Assembly: GCA_902577425.1 (NCBI GenBank)
Contig: CACGZD010000006.1
Coordinates: 10,722 to 74,721, forward strand
Direction of reading: 5' to 3'
Source of the DNA: an uncultured Alphaproteobacteria bacterium
GTDB lineage: Bacteria; Pseudomonadota; Alphaproteobacteria; HIMB59; GCA-002718135
Length of the DNA stretch: 64,000 nt
Positions 29,855 to 40,285 of the stretch are shown here, piece after piece. Position 1 is the stretch's first letter, and each line of letters begins with the position of its first letter. A model generated the notes under the pieces. It made no database searches and had not been told where the DNA came from. It saw only the letters and a program-made list of their open reading frames with translations. A program made the position numbers and the translations under genes.

Positions 29855-31162
29855 TTATTTTATTGAATCCCAACTTGCTTGGATTGCATCAGCAACATCT
29901 TTTGCAGATTTTCCGTTAGTATAATCTACCATACCAGTCCAGAAACTTCCTGCTCCAATAGCGCCAGGCATTAAGTCTGATCCATCAAATCTAAATGTTG
30001 TTGCACCAGTTAAGATTTCTCCAAGTTTTCTAAAAGTATCACTTGAATAAGCACTTAAATCAGCATTTTTATTTGGAGTTAAGAAACCACCTTTTGCCAT
30101 CCACCATTCATTTGGTTCTGGATGCAGTAAAAATTTCAAAAATTCCATTGTAGCTTGATTTTCATTAGTTGCTGCAAATAATGTTCCACCACCAAGTACT
30201 GGCTTTCCTAAATCTTTAGTTGAATAAGCAGGAAAATAAAAGAAATCATAATCTACACCAGCTTCCACACCTTCAGGAAAGAAAGCAGGAATAAAACTTG
30301 CTTGACGATGCATCATGCATTCAGCAGGCGATGTAAATAATCCATTTGGAGCATCTCTAAAATCAGTTGTAGCAACAGCTTTTGAGCCTCCATTGACATA
30401 TTTGTCATTCAAAGCAAAAGAGCCAAAAAAATCCATAGCTTCTAAAACTCTTGGATCATTAAATGGCATTTCATTTGATACCCACATATCATAGACAGAA
30501 GGGTCATGCGTTCTTAGCATTATATCCTCCATCCAATCAGTAGCAGGCCAACCAGTTGCATCTCCTGAACCTAAACCAATACACCAAGGTGTATTCCCAT
30601 CACTAGCCATTTTTTCTGTTAATGCTATAAGATCTTCCATTGTAGTTGGAACTTCATATCCATTGTCTTCAAAATTATCTGGTGAATACCAAACTAAACT
30701 TTTAACATTAACTTTGTAAAAAATTGCATAAAATTGATCATTTCCATTTTCATCTGGATATGTAGCTAAATCAACCCATGATTGACCAGCTGCATAATTG
30801 TCCATAACTGCTTTTTTAACATCATCACTTAAAGGCCTTAAACCACCAATAGCAGCCATGTTAGCAGCTAAACCTGGTTGTGGAAATATTGCTATATCTG
30901 CTGGACTTCCAGCTTTAATATCAATCACAATTTGTTGTTCAAAACTATCGGAACCACCATATTCAACTGTTGCTCCTGTAGCCTTTTCAAAAATTGAAGC
31001 TATTTCTCTCATATAACCATCTTCTGGAGCTAACCAAGGACCAGAAATTGTAACTTTTTGACCACTTAGATCTGGACCACTATATGAGCCTGCAAAAGCA
31101 CTGGTATTTAAAACAAAAATAGAAGTAACAACTGCAAGAATTAGTTTAATTGTTTTTTTCAT
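29855..31162 (-). CDS. aglE: Alpha-glucoside ABC substrate-binding protein (AglE-like)
   Basis: Signal peptide; PQPG, KSLVWY, PWCIGLGSGDATGWPATDWMED, FRFDGSDLMP. ATG start at 31162 after GGAGG (ORF track start 31174). Confidence 0.85.
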   Translation of the reverse strand: MKKTIKLILAVVTSIFVLNTSAFAGSYSGPDLSGQKVTISGPWLAPEDGYMREIASIFEKATGATVEYGGSDSFEQQIVIDIKAGSPADIAIFPQPGLAANMAAIGGLRPLSDDVKKAVMDNYAAGQSWVDLATYPDENGNDQFYAIFYKVNVKSLVWYSPDNFEDNGYEVPTTMEDLIALTEKMASDGNTPWCIGLGSGDATGWPATDWMEDIMLRTHDPSVYDMWVSNEMPFNDPRVLEAMDFFGSFALNDKYVNGGSKAVATTDFRDAPNGLFTSPAECMMHRQASFIPAFFPEGVEAGVDYDFFYFPAYSTKDLGKPVLGGGTLFAATNENQATMEFLKFLLHPEPNEWWMAKGGFLTPNKNADLSAYSSDTFRKLGEILTGATTFRFDGSDLMPGAIGAGSFWTGMVDYTNGKSAKDVADAIQASWDSIK

Positions 31163-31199
31163 TCTTCCCTCCAATTATAAATGTAACCAGCATAATTTA

Positions 31200-31220
31200 C
31201 CAAAGCGTTTTGGTTGTCAA
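31200..31220 (-). promoter_or_regulatory. LacI-family operator adjacent to a TTGACA -35 box of the aglE promoter
   Basis: Minus strand reads TTGACA-A-CCAAAACGCTTTGG-TAAATT, in the divergent aglE/LacI intergenic region. Confidence 0.8.
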
Positions 31221-31280
31221 TTATAAATAAATATATATTTAAGATAATATGTATATGTGTATATATCTTTGTAAAATCTT

Positions 31281-32303
31281 ATGAATATTAAAATTTTAGC
31301 AAAAAAATTGCGGCTTTCAATCACAACTGTTTCTAGAGCTTTAGGAGGTTATTCAGATGTTAGTGAAACTACAAGAAAAAAAGTAATTAAATATGCTAAA
31401 AAATATAAATATTCTCCTAATCCTAATGCAAGTAGTTTAGCTTCAGGTAAATCCAACACCCTTGGTTTTGTTATACCTTTATATGGACTTAATTCTAATA
31501 CTTTGAATCAAGCATCTTTTTTTGAATTTATTGCTGGAATGTCTACCAAGATTCATTCTGAAAATATTCAATTTTTTATGATGTTTGCAAATAATAAATT
31601 GGAAGAAAAAAATGCTTATGAAAAACTAATTAATGTACAAAAAGTAGACAAAATTATTTTGCATAATTTAAAAAAAAATGACTCTAGAATAGGAATGTTA
31701 AAAAAAAATAAAATTAAATTTGTAGCTTGGGGCAGAACTCAAGGATTGATTGACTACTCATGGGTAGATTTAGACAATGAAGGAAGTTCTAAATTAATAA
31801 TGCAATATTTAATTGAAAAAAATCATAAACATATAGCGTATATAAATATTGAAGAAAATTATAATTTTGCCTTTCAAAGAAAGCAAGGCTATCTTGACTC
31901 TCTTAAGAAAAATAAAATTAAATTTAATAAAAATTATTATATTTCTGTAAAACATGAAGATCCTGATCAAAGTTCTGCAGTCATTCAAAAAATGTTAAAC
32001 AAAAATTCAAAAATCACAGCTATAATTTGTTCCACTGAATATTCTGCTGTTGGCGCAATCAAGGCATGTAATCAATTAAATAAGAAAATTGGTAAGGATA
32101 TATCTATTATTACTTTTGATGGCCCAGTAGTTGGGACTTTAGCTAACCCATCTTTAACTGCAATTACACATGAAAGAAAAAATTTAGGCCACAAAGCTAT
32201 TGAAATTCTGACAGATATGGATAAAGATAATAGAGTTCATACTCATTTAGCTAAGGCGAAAATCATTGAAAGAGGATCTGTTTGTAAATTAAAGAAAAAT
32301 TAA
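31281..32303 (+). CDS. aglR: LacI-family transcriptional regulator (AglR-like)
   Basis: HTH LSITTVSRAL...YSPNPNA, sugar-binding domain, divergent from aglE. Confidence 0.85.
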   Translation: MNIKILAKKLRLSITTVSRALGGYSDVSETTRKKVIKYAKKYKYSPNPNASSLASGKSNTLGFVIPLYGLNSNTLNQASFFEFIAGMSTKIHSENIQFFMMFANNKLEEKNAYEKLINVQKVDKIILHNLKKNDSRIGMLKKNKIKFVAWGRTQGLIDYSWVDLDNEGSSKLIMQYLIEKNHKHIAYINIEENYNFAFQRKQGYLDSLKKNKIKFNKNYYISVKHEDPDQSSAVIQKMLNKNSKITAIICSTEYSAVGAIKACNQLNKKIGKDISIITFDGPVVGTLANPSLTAITHERKNLGHKAIEILTDMDKDNRVHTHLAKAKIIERGSVCKLKKN

Positions 32304-32387
32304 GTTTATTTATATTTAATTCTCATTTGTTTAATGTGGTATTTATTTAATTTATAGAAAATTAAAAACTTAATATATAAGGGTTTT

Positions 32388-33689
32388 ATGAAGTTAGTTT
32401 TAGTTGGAACCGGTTATGTAGGCCTTGTATCTGGTTCTTGTTTTGCTGAATTTGGATACGAAGTAATTTGTGTTGATAGTGACGAGTCTAGAATTTTAGA
32501 ATTAAAAAAAGGTAATTGTCCTTTTTTTGAACCTGGAATGGAAGAGTTATTATCAAAACATAGGGATCAAACTAAACTACTTAGTTTTACAACTTCTTTG
32601 CCTGAAGCCATGGAAGATGCTGATATAATATTTATTACTGTAGGTACTCCATCTAAAAGATTAGAGGAAGAAGCAGACTTAAGCGCTGTATGGAATGTTG
32701 CAAAAGATATAGCTAACAATATAAAAAAATACTGTTTAGTTGTAACTAAATCAACTGTCCCTGTGGGAACCACTAAAGAGATTAAAAAAATTATATCAAA
32801 AATTGTAACTAAAGAAAATTTTGATGTTGTTTCTAATCCAGAATTTCTTAGAGAGGGGTCAGCTATAAATGATTTTATGCGTCCAGATCGTATAATCATA
32901 GGAACTGATAATGAAAAATCAACAAAAATTATGAAAGAATTATATCGTCCATTATATTTATTAGAAACTCCTATTATTTCTTCATCTATAGAATCTTCAG
33001 AAATAATAAAATATGCCTCTAATAGTTTTTTAGCTACAAAAATTAGTTTTATAAATCAAATTGCGGATTTATGTGAGTCTATTGGCGCTGATGTCCAGGA
33101 GGTAGCTAAAGGAATGGGGATAGATAATCGAATAGGCTCAAAATTTCTTAATGCTGGACCTGGTTTTGGAGGCTCATGCTTTCCTAAAGATGTTAAAGCT
33201 TTTACATCTTCAGCAAAAAAACAAAATATAAATTTGTCAATCTTAGACGCTGTAAATTTATACAATCAAAATCGACCATTAGAAATATCAAAAAAAATAA
33301 TTAATTTAAAAAACTATAATAAAAATTCAAAATTAGCTTTATTGGGATTAAGTTTCAAACCTAATACGGATGATATTCGTGATTCTACTTCTCTTAAAAT
33401 TGCACAGTACTTATTTGATCAAGGTATATCAATCAATTGTTATGACCCTGTAAGTAATGATAATGCTATGAATTTATTTCCTAATTTTAAATATTTTAAA
33501 AATGCCTATGAAGCAAGTGAAGCAGTTGATGCAATAATAATAGGTACTGAGTGGAATGAGTTTAGGGCTTTAAATTTTTTAAAACTAAAGAGCCTTATGA
33601 AAAATTTAGTAATTTTTGATTTAAGAAATATCTATAATAAACAAGAACTATCAGATTTAGGATTTGAGTATTATGGAATTGGTAAATAA
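32388..33689 (+). CDS. ugd: UDP-glucose 6-dehydrogenase
   Basis: GTGYVG, VGTP, KSTVP, NPEFLREG, GFGGSCFPKD, FKPNTDDIR. Confidence 0.95.
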   Translation: MKLVLVGTGYVGLVSGSCFAEFGYEVICVDSDESRILELKKGNCPFFEPGMEELLSKHRDQTKLLSFTTSLPEAMEDADIIFITVGTPSKRLEEEADLSAVWNVAKDIANNIKKYCLVVTKSTVPVGTTKEIKKIISKIVTKENFDVVSNPEFLREGSAINDFMRPDRIIIGTDNEKSTKIMKELYRPLYLLETPIISSSIESSEIIKYASNSFLATKISFINQIADLCESIGADVQEVAKGMGIDNRIGSKFLNAGPGFGGSCFPKDVKAFTSSAKKQNINLSILDAVNLYNQNRPLEISKKIINLKNYNKNSKLALLGLSFKPNTDDIRDSTSLKIAQYLFDQGISINCYDPVSNDNAMNLFPNFKYFKNAYEASEAVDAIIIGTEWNEFRALNFLKLKSLMKNLVIFDLRNIYNKQELSDLGFEYYGIGK

Positions 33690-35082
33690 TTTTTTTATAG
33701 AAAAATTTAATCCTGAAGTACTTAGGGAATATGATATTCGAGGAATTGTTGAAAAAGATATTAATCAAAACACAGCTTATACGATCGGTAGAATATTTGG
33801 ACATATAGTAAGTAATAGTTTTAATGAAAAATCTATTGTTGTTGGTTATGATGGAAGAAATACTTCTCCAAATCTTCAAAAAGCTTTGTGTGAAGGGCTT
33901 ATTGAAAGTGGATCAAATGTAAAAAATATTGGTTTATGTCCAACACCAATGACATATTATGCTCACCATTTTTTAAATACTAATGCAGCAATTATGGTCA
34001 CTGGGTCTCATAATCCTTCTGAATATAATGGTTTTAAAATGGTATTAGATAGGAATCCTTTTTATGCAAAAGATATTCAAAATTTTAAGAATTTAGCTGA
34101 TGTTAATAAGCTTATAAAAGGGCAGGGAAAGCTTGAATTTATTGATGTTAAAAATCATTATATAGATCGTAATCTTGAAAATATTAGTTTTAAAAAAAAA
34201 TTAAAAGTTGCTTGGGACATAGGCAATGGATCAATGGGAGTAGTTATGGATTCTATTGCATTGAAAATGAAAAATATTGAAAATATACTTATAAACAAGG
34301 AAGTCGATGGAAATTTTCCAAATCATCATCCTGATCCAACAGTAGCAAAGAATATGATTCAACTAATTGAAACAGTGAAAGAAAATAATTGTGATGTTGG
34401 GTTAGCATTTGATGGAGATGGAGATAGACTAGGCGTTGTAGACAATAAAGGTAGAATAATTTGGGCTGATCAATATATGTTATTATTAGCTAAAGAAATA
34501 TCATCTATTTATAAAAATCCAAAAATTATTATGGATGTTAAATGTTCCAAAGTTTTTTTTGATGAAGTAAGAAAATTTAATTGTGAACCAATTATGTATC
34601 AAACAGGCCATTCACCAATTAAAGAAAAAATGAAAGAGCTGAATTCTCCTTTATCAGGAGAAATGAGCGGTCATGTTTGTTACGGCGATGATTTTTATGG
34701 GTATGATGACGCTTTATATGTTGCTTTACGCTTACTTAGAATTTTATCACAAGAAAAAGAAACTTTGTCAGAATTAATAAATCAATTTCCTAAAACTATT
34801 TCAACACCTGAAACAAGGTTTGACGTAGATGAAATAAGAAAATTTGAAATTATTGAAGAAATAAAAGAAAGATTAAAAAATAAGAAAGAGGAAATAATTG
34901 ATATTGATGGTGTGAGAATACAAAATAATCTTGGATGGTTTTTAATTCGCGCTAGCAATACTCAAAATCAACTCACCTGTAGAGCTGAAGCTTTAAACAA
35001 AGAGGATCTTAAAACTTTAACAAATTTGATTGAAGATCAGCTATCATTAAGTGGTGTTAATTATAAATTTAGCCACGAATAA
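33664..35082 (+). CDS. Phosphomannomutase/phosphoglucomutase
   Basis: REYDIRG, TGSHNP, FPNHHPDP, FDGDGDR, GEMSGH, RASNT. Confidence 0.93.
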   Translation: MSIMELVNNFFIEKFNPEVLREYDIRGIVEKDINQNTAYTIGRIFGHIVSNSFNEKSIVVGYDGRNTSPNLQKALCEGLIESGSNVKNIGLCPTPMTYYAHHFLNTNAAIMVTGSHNPSEYNGFKMVLDRNPFYAKDIQNFKNLADVNKLIKGQGKLEFIDVKNHYIDRNLENISFKKKLKVAWDIGNGSMGVVMDSIALKMKNIENILINKEVDGNFPNHHPDPTVAKNMIQLIETVKENNCDVGLAFDGDGDRLGVVDNKGRIIWADQYMLLLAKEISSIYKNPKIIMDVKCSKVFFDEVRKFNCEPIMYQTGHSPIKEKMKELNSPLSGEMSGHVCYGDDFYGYDDALYVALRLLRILSQEKETLSELINQFPKTISTPETRFDVDEIRKFEIIEEIKERLKNKKEEIIDIDGVRIQNNLGWFLIRASNTQNQLTCRAEALNKEDLKTLTNLIEDQLSLSGVNYKFSHE

Positions 35083-36169
35083 AACAATCTCGCTTGTACT
35101 TTTTTAATCTTGAGCAGGCTAATTTTGCATCCTTTTTTGAAAAGAATTGAAATCTAGACTCATATAGCTGTTTTCCATTAGACCTAATGAGAGTTACTGT
35201 AGCCTCTTTATTATTTGTTGTTTTTGGATACTTTTTTCTTATTAACTTTAAATGTTTTTCTGCATTTTTTTTATATTTAAATGTTCCTACAACTACTATG
35301 TAATTATTTTTAGAAGTATTAACATTTATTTTTTTAGAAGTTACTGTTTTTTGATTATTTGTTTTTTCTATTTTTAGTTTTTTAAAAGATCTATCCATAA
35401 GAAATGCAAGACTTTTATTTCTTTGTTTTCCTGTATCTCCACCAAAATACACACCTATAAGTCTTTTATTCTTTCTAACCGCCGAAAAAGCTAATTGAAA
35501 ACCTGAAGCCCTAATATATCCTGTTTTTATTCCATCCGCACCTTCATAAGAGAGCATTAATTTATTATGTGTTTTATAAGTTTTATTTTTCCAAACAAAT
35601 TTTGTTTTACTAAAAAGTTTATATTCATTAGGAAAATTTGTAATTAAAGCATTTGCTAAAATAGCTATGTCACGTGCAGTTGTCATTTGTGCTCTATTTG
35701 GAAGTCCATGGGCATTTTTAAAAGTAGTTTTGTTCATTCCAAGATTTCGAGCATATGAAGTCATTAATTGTGCAAATTCTTTTTCTGTTCCAGATATATT
35801 TTCTGCAACAACAGTGGCTACATCATTTGCAGATTTAATGATTAGTGCCATTACAGCATCTTCTACACTAATACTTGTTCCTTCTTCCAAATAAAGTTTA
35901 CTTGGTGATTCAGAAGCTGCAAATTTTGAAACTTTTAATTTTGTTTGCCAACTTAATTTATCTTTATGTATATAATCAAAAACTATATAAAGAGTCATAA
36001 TTTTTGTTAGAGATGCAGGAAAATTTAATGTATCAGCATTAACCTCAAATAAAACTTCTTTAGTTTCATAATCCATTACTATAGCAGCTTTTTTTGCAAA
36101 TAAACTATTTGAAACTAGAACAATGAAAATGAAAAAAAAGACTTTAATGTATGAAGAAATCTTAAACAT
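35069..36169 (-). CDS. D-alanyl-D-alanine carboxypeptidase (S11) with C-terminal SPOR domain
   Basis: PASLTKIMT (SxxK), SAN (SxN), KTG; SPOR-like C-terminus. Confidence 0.9.
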   Translation of the reverse strand: MFKISSYIKVFFFIFIVLVSNSLFAKKAAIVMDYETKEVLFEVNADTLNFPASLTKIMTLYIVFDYIHKDKLSWQTKLKVSKFAASESPSKLYLEEGTSISVEDAVMALIIKSANDVATVVAENISGTEKEFAQLMTSYARNLGMNKTTFKNAHGLPNRAQMTTARDIAILANALITNFPNEYKLFSKTKFVWKNKTYKTHNKLMLSYEGADGIKTGYIRASGFQLAFSAVRKNKRLIGVYFGGDTGKQRNKSLAFLMDRSFKKLKIEKTNNQKTVTSKKINVNTSKNNYIVVVGTFKYKKNAEKHLKLIRKKYPKTTNNKEATVTLIRSNGKQLYESRFQFFSKKDAKLACSRLKKYKRDCFIRG

Positions 36170-36271
36170 GTAATCTGTATTCTTCTAACATATCTTTTTC
36201 GCTTCTCTCAAATAGAAATATATTTAATCTTGAAAAAGAAATTATATAAAATTAGAAAAATTAGCCAGAAC

Positions 36272-36736
36272 CTATTTTATCTTTATTATTGCATCTATTT
36301 CTACTGAAATATTAAGAGGTAAGGCTATGGATCCTACTGCAACTCTAGTATGTTTACCTTTATCTCCAAAAATTTTTACAAGAAGATCTGAAGCACCATT
36401 AATAATTATAGGTTGATTTGCATAATTTGGATTACAATTTACAAAACCTCCTATTTTTATAAAATTATCAAGCCTGTCCCAGTCTCCAGCAATACTTTGT
36501 TTCAATATTGCAATAATATTGAGACAGCATAATTCTGCTGCCAATATAGCTTCTTTATCGGTTATTTTATCTCCTACTTTTCCGCTATAAATAATTTGAC
36601 CGTTTTTTGAAGGAGCTTGACCAGATATAAATACTAAATTATCAGTAATTTTATATGGAACATAATTTGCAACTGCTGAGGGAGGTTCTGGTATTTCTAG
36701 CCCTAAATCCTTGATATTTTTTTCAAACAAGTGCAT
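36272..36736 (-). CDS. RidA/YjgF family protein
   Basis: ANYVP, FISGQ, NGASDLL, GKHTR, VEID. Confidence 0.9.
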   Translation of the reverse strand: MHLFEKNIKDLGLEIPEPPSAVANYVPYKITDNLVFISGQAPSKNGQIIYSGKVGDKITDKEAILAAELCCLNIIAILKQSIAGDWDRLDNFIKIGGFVNCNPNYANQPIIINGASDLLVKIFGDKGKHTRVAVGSIALPLNISVEIDAIIKIK

Positions 36737-36779
36737 TAGGTATTTTATAAAACATTTTTAGAGAAGGTAAAGAAAAGAT

Positions 36780-37349
36780 ATGATTAAATTTAAAGAATTA
36801 TTTTTTTTGTTTATATTCATATTAACTATTTTAATAGGAAGGTTATCAATGGCAAACGAAGATAGAGATACAATAAATATGACTTTAAAAGATGGGGTAG
36901 TTGTTATTGAGACTAGACCAGATCTAGCTCCAAAACATGTTTCACAAATTAAACAACTGATTTCTGAAGGACAATATGACGGAGTTGTTTTTCATAGAGT
37001 TATAGATGGTTTTATGGCACAAACTGGTGACGTGGAATTTGGAAATTCAGAAAATAGTGATTTTAATTTATCTAGAGCTGGTACAGGCGGATCTAAAATG
37101 TCTAATATCCCAGCTGAATTCTCTAATGAAAATCATACAAGAGGAACTTTATCTATGGCCAGAGCGCAGGATCCAAATAGTGCAAACAGTCAATTTTTTA
37201 TCTGCTTTCAAGATTGTTCTTTTTTAGATGGACAATATTCAGTATGGGGACAAGTAATAGAAGGAATGGAATTTGTAGATAATATTACTAGAGGCGAGCC
37301 ACCTCAAAGCCCTGACAAGATTATTAAAATGGAGATTGTGACTAAATAA
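36780..37349 (+). CDS. Cyclophilin-type peptidyl-prolyl isomerase
   Basis: FHRVIDGFMAQTGD, SMAR..PNSANSQFFI, LDGQYSVWGQV; N-terminal signal-like segment. Confidence 0.93.
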   Translation: MIKFKELFFLFIFILTILIGRLSMANEDRDTINMTLKDGVVVIETRPDLAPKHVSQIKQLISEGQYDGVVFHRVIDGFMAQTGDVEFGNSENSDFNLSRAGTGGSKMSNIPAEFSNENHTRGTLSMARAQDPNSANSQFFICFQDCSFLDGQYSVWGQVIEGMEFVDNITRGEPPQSPDKIIKMEIVTK

Positions 37350-37352
37350 ATC

Positions 37353-38438
37353 ATGTTTGTTGCTGATTTGCACAATGATCTTGTTCAAAGAGCAATGATT
37401 GGTGAAGATGTTAGTAAATTTACAAAAGATGGTCATACTGATTTATTTAGATTAATTGAATCTTGTATTGATTTAGAAATTTTAATTATCTGGGTTTCAA
37501 CCATAGATAAATCAGAGAGTGCATTTCAGAAAGCAAATGAAATGTATGATAAATTAGAAGCACTATCAAATAGCAATGATCTAGTAGATATTCCTAAAGA
37601 CCTTAATGGCATAATAAACAATAAAAAAAATAATCTTCTTTCAATTCCAATTGGAATAGAAGGGGGGGAGGCATTAGAAAACTCTATAGATAAGCTTTTT
37701 CATTTTATTGAAAGAGGCATTTTGTATTTTGGCCCAACTTGGAATCATTCTTTAGATTGGGTTTCGTCCGGCAAGGATGAGTTTGAGAATAATGATAAAA
37801 TAAAGACAAAAGGTCTATCTAAATTTGGAAAAGAAGTGATTCATGTTTGTAATGAAAATAATGTTATTATTGATGTTTCGCACATAGGAGAAAAAAGTTT
37901 TTGGGATATATCTTCTATTTCAAAAAAACCATTTATTGCATCGCATTCAAGTGTCTATAATTTATGTCCTCATTTTAGAAATCTTAAAGATGAACAGATA
38001 TTAGAAATTAAAAATTCTCAAGGACTTATTGGAGTTAATCCATATCCATTTTTTATTGATCCTAATTTTGAAAAAAAAGAGTCAAATTATGTTAAAAATA
38101 TTAAAAAAGAATTAGATCAAATAGGAATAAGTGACCCTAACCCAAATTCAAAATGGATTAAAAAACAACATTATTTGCAAAAAAAATTAACAGAAATTGT
38201 TCCTTCTTTAGATTTATTTATAGACCATATAGAATATATTATAAAATTAATTGGAATTGATTATGTAGCTATAGGAAGTGATTATGATGGCTTAGATTGT
38301 TTGCCAAAAGGTTGGAATAGTTGTCTTGATCATATAAAAATCTCTGAGTCACTAGATCAAAAAGGATATTCATTTTTAGAGATTGAAAAAATAATGGGAA
38401 AAAATTTTTTAAGACTTTTAGAAAATAATTTTAAATAA
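37353..38438 (+). CDS. Membrane dipeptidase (peptidase M19)
   Basis: DLHND, IEG, TWN, DVSH, ASHS, RN, GSDYDG. Confidence 0.9.
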   Translation: MFVADLHNDLVQRAMIGEDVSKFTKDGHTDLFRLIESCIDLEILIIWVSTIDKSESAFQKANEMYDKLEALSNSNDLVDIPKDLNGIINNKKNNLLSIPIGIEGGEALENSIDKLFHFIERGILYFGPTWNHSLDWVSSGKDEFENNDKIKTKGLSKFGKEVIHVCNENNVIIDVSHIGEKSFWDISSISKKPFIASHSSVYNLCPHFRNLKDEQILEIKNSQGLIGVNPYPFFIDPNFEKKESNYVKNIKKELDQIGISDPNPNSKWIKKQHYLQKKLTEIVPSLDLFIDHIEYIIKLIGIDYVAIGSDYDGLDCLPKGWNSCLDHIKISESLDQKGYSFLEIEKIMGKNFLRLLENNFK

Positions 38439-39039
38439 TTCTATAAAATAACATTAGGGATATAATTATTAAAACAATTCCTGTAGTTTTTTGAATCATT
38501 AATTTTTTTTCAATTAATAAATTTTTAAGACCATATCCTGTTACTAAAATACTAACAATAATATACCATATCGCATCAATTAAAGATGCTGTTAGAACAA
38601 GAATTGTATTAAAATAAAAAGAAGCATCAATCACAATAAATTGTGAGTATACAGCAGTAAACCAAATCAAAATTTTAGGATTGATAATTGCTATAGTAAA
38701 TCCTTGTAAAAAAGAATTAATTTGGTTTTGTTTTTCTTCTTTTTTATCTTGTTTATTTTTTTGAAAAATAAACATTAATCCAAACAAAAATAATAAAACT
38801 AAACCTATAATTTGAATTATCATAAATATTGTTTGATTAGTTTGAAGAATTAAGCCAAGTCCCAGCACAGCTAATGTTGCATAAACACCAATTCCTAAGC
38901 CATGACCTATAGAAGTTAAGATACCTGCCAATCTATTGAAATTTACATTGTTTCTTATTACAATAGCCAAAGATGGGCCCGGAGACATAGCCCCTGCAAT
39001 GCAAACAATTGCAAATTGAGACCAGATAAAAAATGTCAT
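38431..39039 (-). CDS. LysE/RhtB family translocator
   Basis: SPGPS and NPK motifs, about six TM helices. Confidence 0.9.
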   Translation of the reverse strand: MTFFIWSQFAIVCIAGAMSPGPSLAIVIRNNVNFNRLAGILTSIGHGLGIGVYATLAVLGLGLILQTNQTIFMIIQIIGLVLLFLFGLMFIFQKNKQDKKEEKQNQINSFLQGFTIAIINPKILIWFTAVYSQFIVIDASFYFNTILVLTASLIDAIWYIIVSILVTGYGLKNLLIEKKLMIQKTTGIVLIIISLMLFYRII

Positions 39040-39779
39040 TTATTTATATCTTTAATTATTTTTAGATATTTCTTAATTGTGTTTTCTAATCCAAAATTAA
39101 TTGAATCAATTATTATTGCATGACCTATAGAAACTTCTTTTATTAAAGTAATTTCTTTTAAAAAAAAATTGAGATTTTCTAAGTTTAAATCATGCCCAGC
39201 ATTAAAATCAATTATAGGAAAATTTTTCTTAATATAATTAACTACTTCTTTATATGGTTTAATAGACTCATCTTTTTTTGATTTATAATTATGGGCATAA
39301 TCAAAAGTATATAATTCTACTCTATTTGGTTCAATTACTTCTAAATTTTCTAAAGTATTGATAGAAGGACTGACAAATATTGATACTCTGATATTATTTT
39401 TTTGAAACTCTTTAATGACTTCTTTTAAAAAAATTTTATTTTCTTTGCAGTCCCACCCAAAAGAAGATGTAATTGCTTCTGGTGGATCTGGAACAAGTGT
39501 AACTTGATTAGGTTTTGCCTCTAAAACTTTTTTAATAAATAATTCCGAAGGATATCCTTCAATGTTAAATTCAATTTTGCTATTATCTAATAATAAATTT
39601 TTAATATCTTTCAGGTCAGCGAATTTTGTGTGTCTTTCATCTGGACGAGGGTGTACAGTAATTCCATCTGCTCCATACAGAATACATTTTTTACATATTT
39701 CTATAAGATTTGGATAATCAGTACCTCTAGAATTTCTAAGAAGAGCAAATTTATTTACATTAATACTAAGCCGCGTCAT
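39036..39779 (-). CDS. pdxJ: Pyridoxine 5'-phosphate synthase
   Basis: LSINVNKFALLRNSRG, GITVHPRPDERH, NAGHDL, EVSIGHA. Confidence 0.95.
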   Translation of the reverse strand: MTRLSINVNKFALLRNSRGTDYPNLIEICKKCILYGADGITVHPRPDERHTKFADLKDIKNLLLDNSKIEFNIEGYPSELFIKKVLEAKPNQVTLVPDPPEAITSSFGWDCKENKIFLKEVIKEFQKNNIRVSIFVSPSINTLENLEVIEPNRVELYTFDYAHNYKSKKDESIKPYKEVVNYIKKNFPIIDFNAGHDLNLENLNFFLKEITLIKEVSIGHAIIIDSINFGLENTIKKYLKIIKDINK

Positions 39780-39858
39780 TTTATAATTATTCTCTTTACC
39801 TATTAATATTTATGTAACATATATCACAGAATAAGAATAATATAAAAATGGAGGTAAT

Positions 39859-40173
39859 ATGGCTACACTAATATATAGACGAACGATGCAAGTTCATATG
39901 GATAAGCTTAGTGAGGCAATGGAAATTGCAACTGCGCAAGCTAAAATTTTCAAAGAACTTACTGGCAATGATGAATTAGTATCTTTTCAAATTGGAGGTA
40001 ATCCAAGAACAATTTGTCGTCAAAGAATGGTTGAAATGGATAAATTAGGAGAAGATGATGCAAAAGTATCAGAAGATCCTAAATGGCAAGAATTAGAAAA
40101 ACGACACAAGGGTGTTTTTGTAGATGGAACTATGGTTGATGAAATGCGTTATGTTATTAATATGCCAGAATAA
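39859..40173 (+). CDS. Hypothetical protein, possibly NIPSNAP-like dimeric alpha-beta barrel
   Basis: Strong RBS (GGAGG), own downstream hairpin, ~100-aa size with a DPxWQ helix. The fold is inference. Confidence 0.65.
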   Translation: MATLIYRRTMQVHMDKLSEAMEIATAQAKIFKELTGNDELVSFQIGGNPRTICRQRMVEMDKLGEDDAKVSEDPKWQELEKRHKGVFVDGTMVDEMRYVINMPE

Positions 40174-40189
40174 TTTTATTTATTAAAAT

Positions 40190-40206
40190 AGCGGGCTCAG
40201 CCCGCT
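40190..40206 (+). terminator. GC-rich hairpin, probable terminator
   Basis: agcgggc-tca-gcccgct, with only a weak U-tract. Confidence 0.5.
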
Positions 40207-40285
40207 TGCCATATTAAAAATATTTTTTTAAACTTTTTTTAAATTTATTTCTTTTCATTTAAATTTTTTAGAATATCTATCTTAA

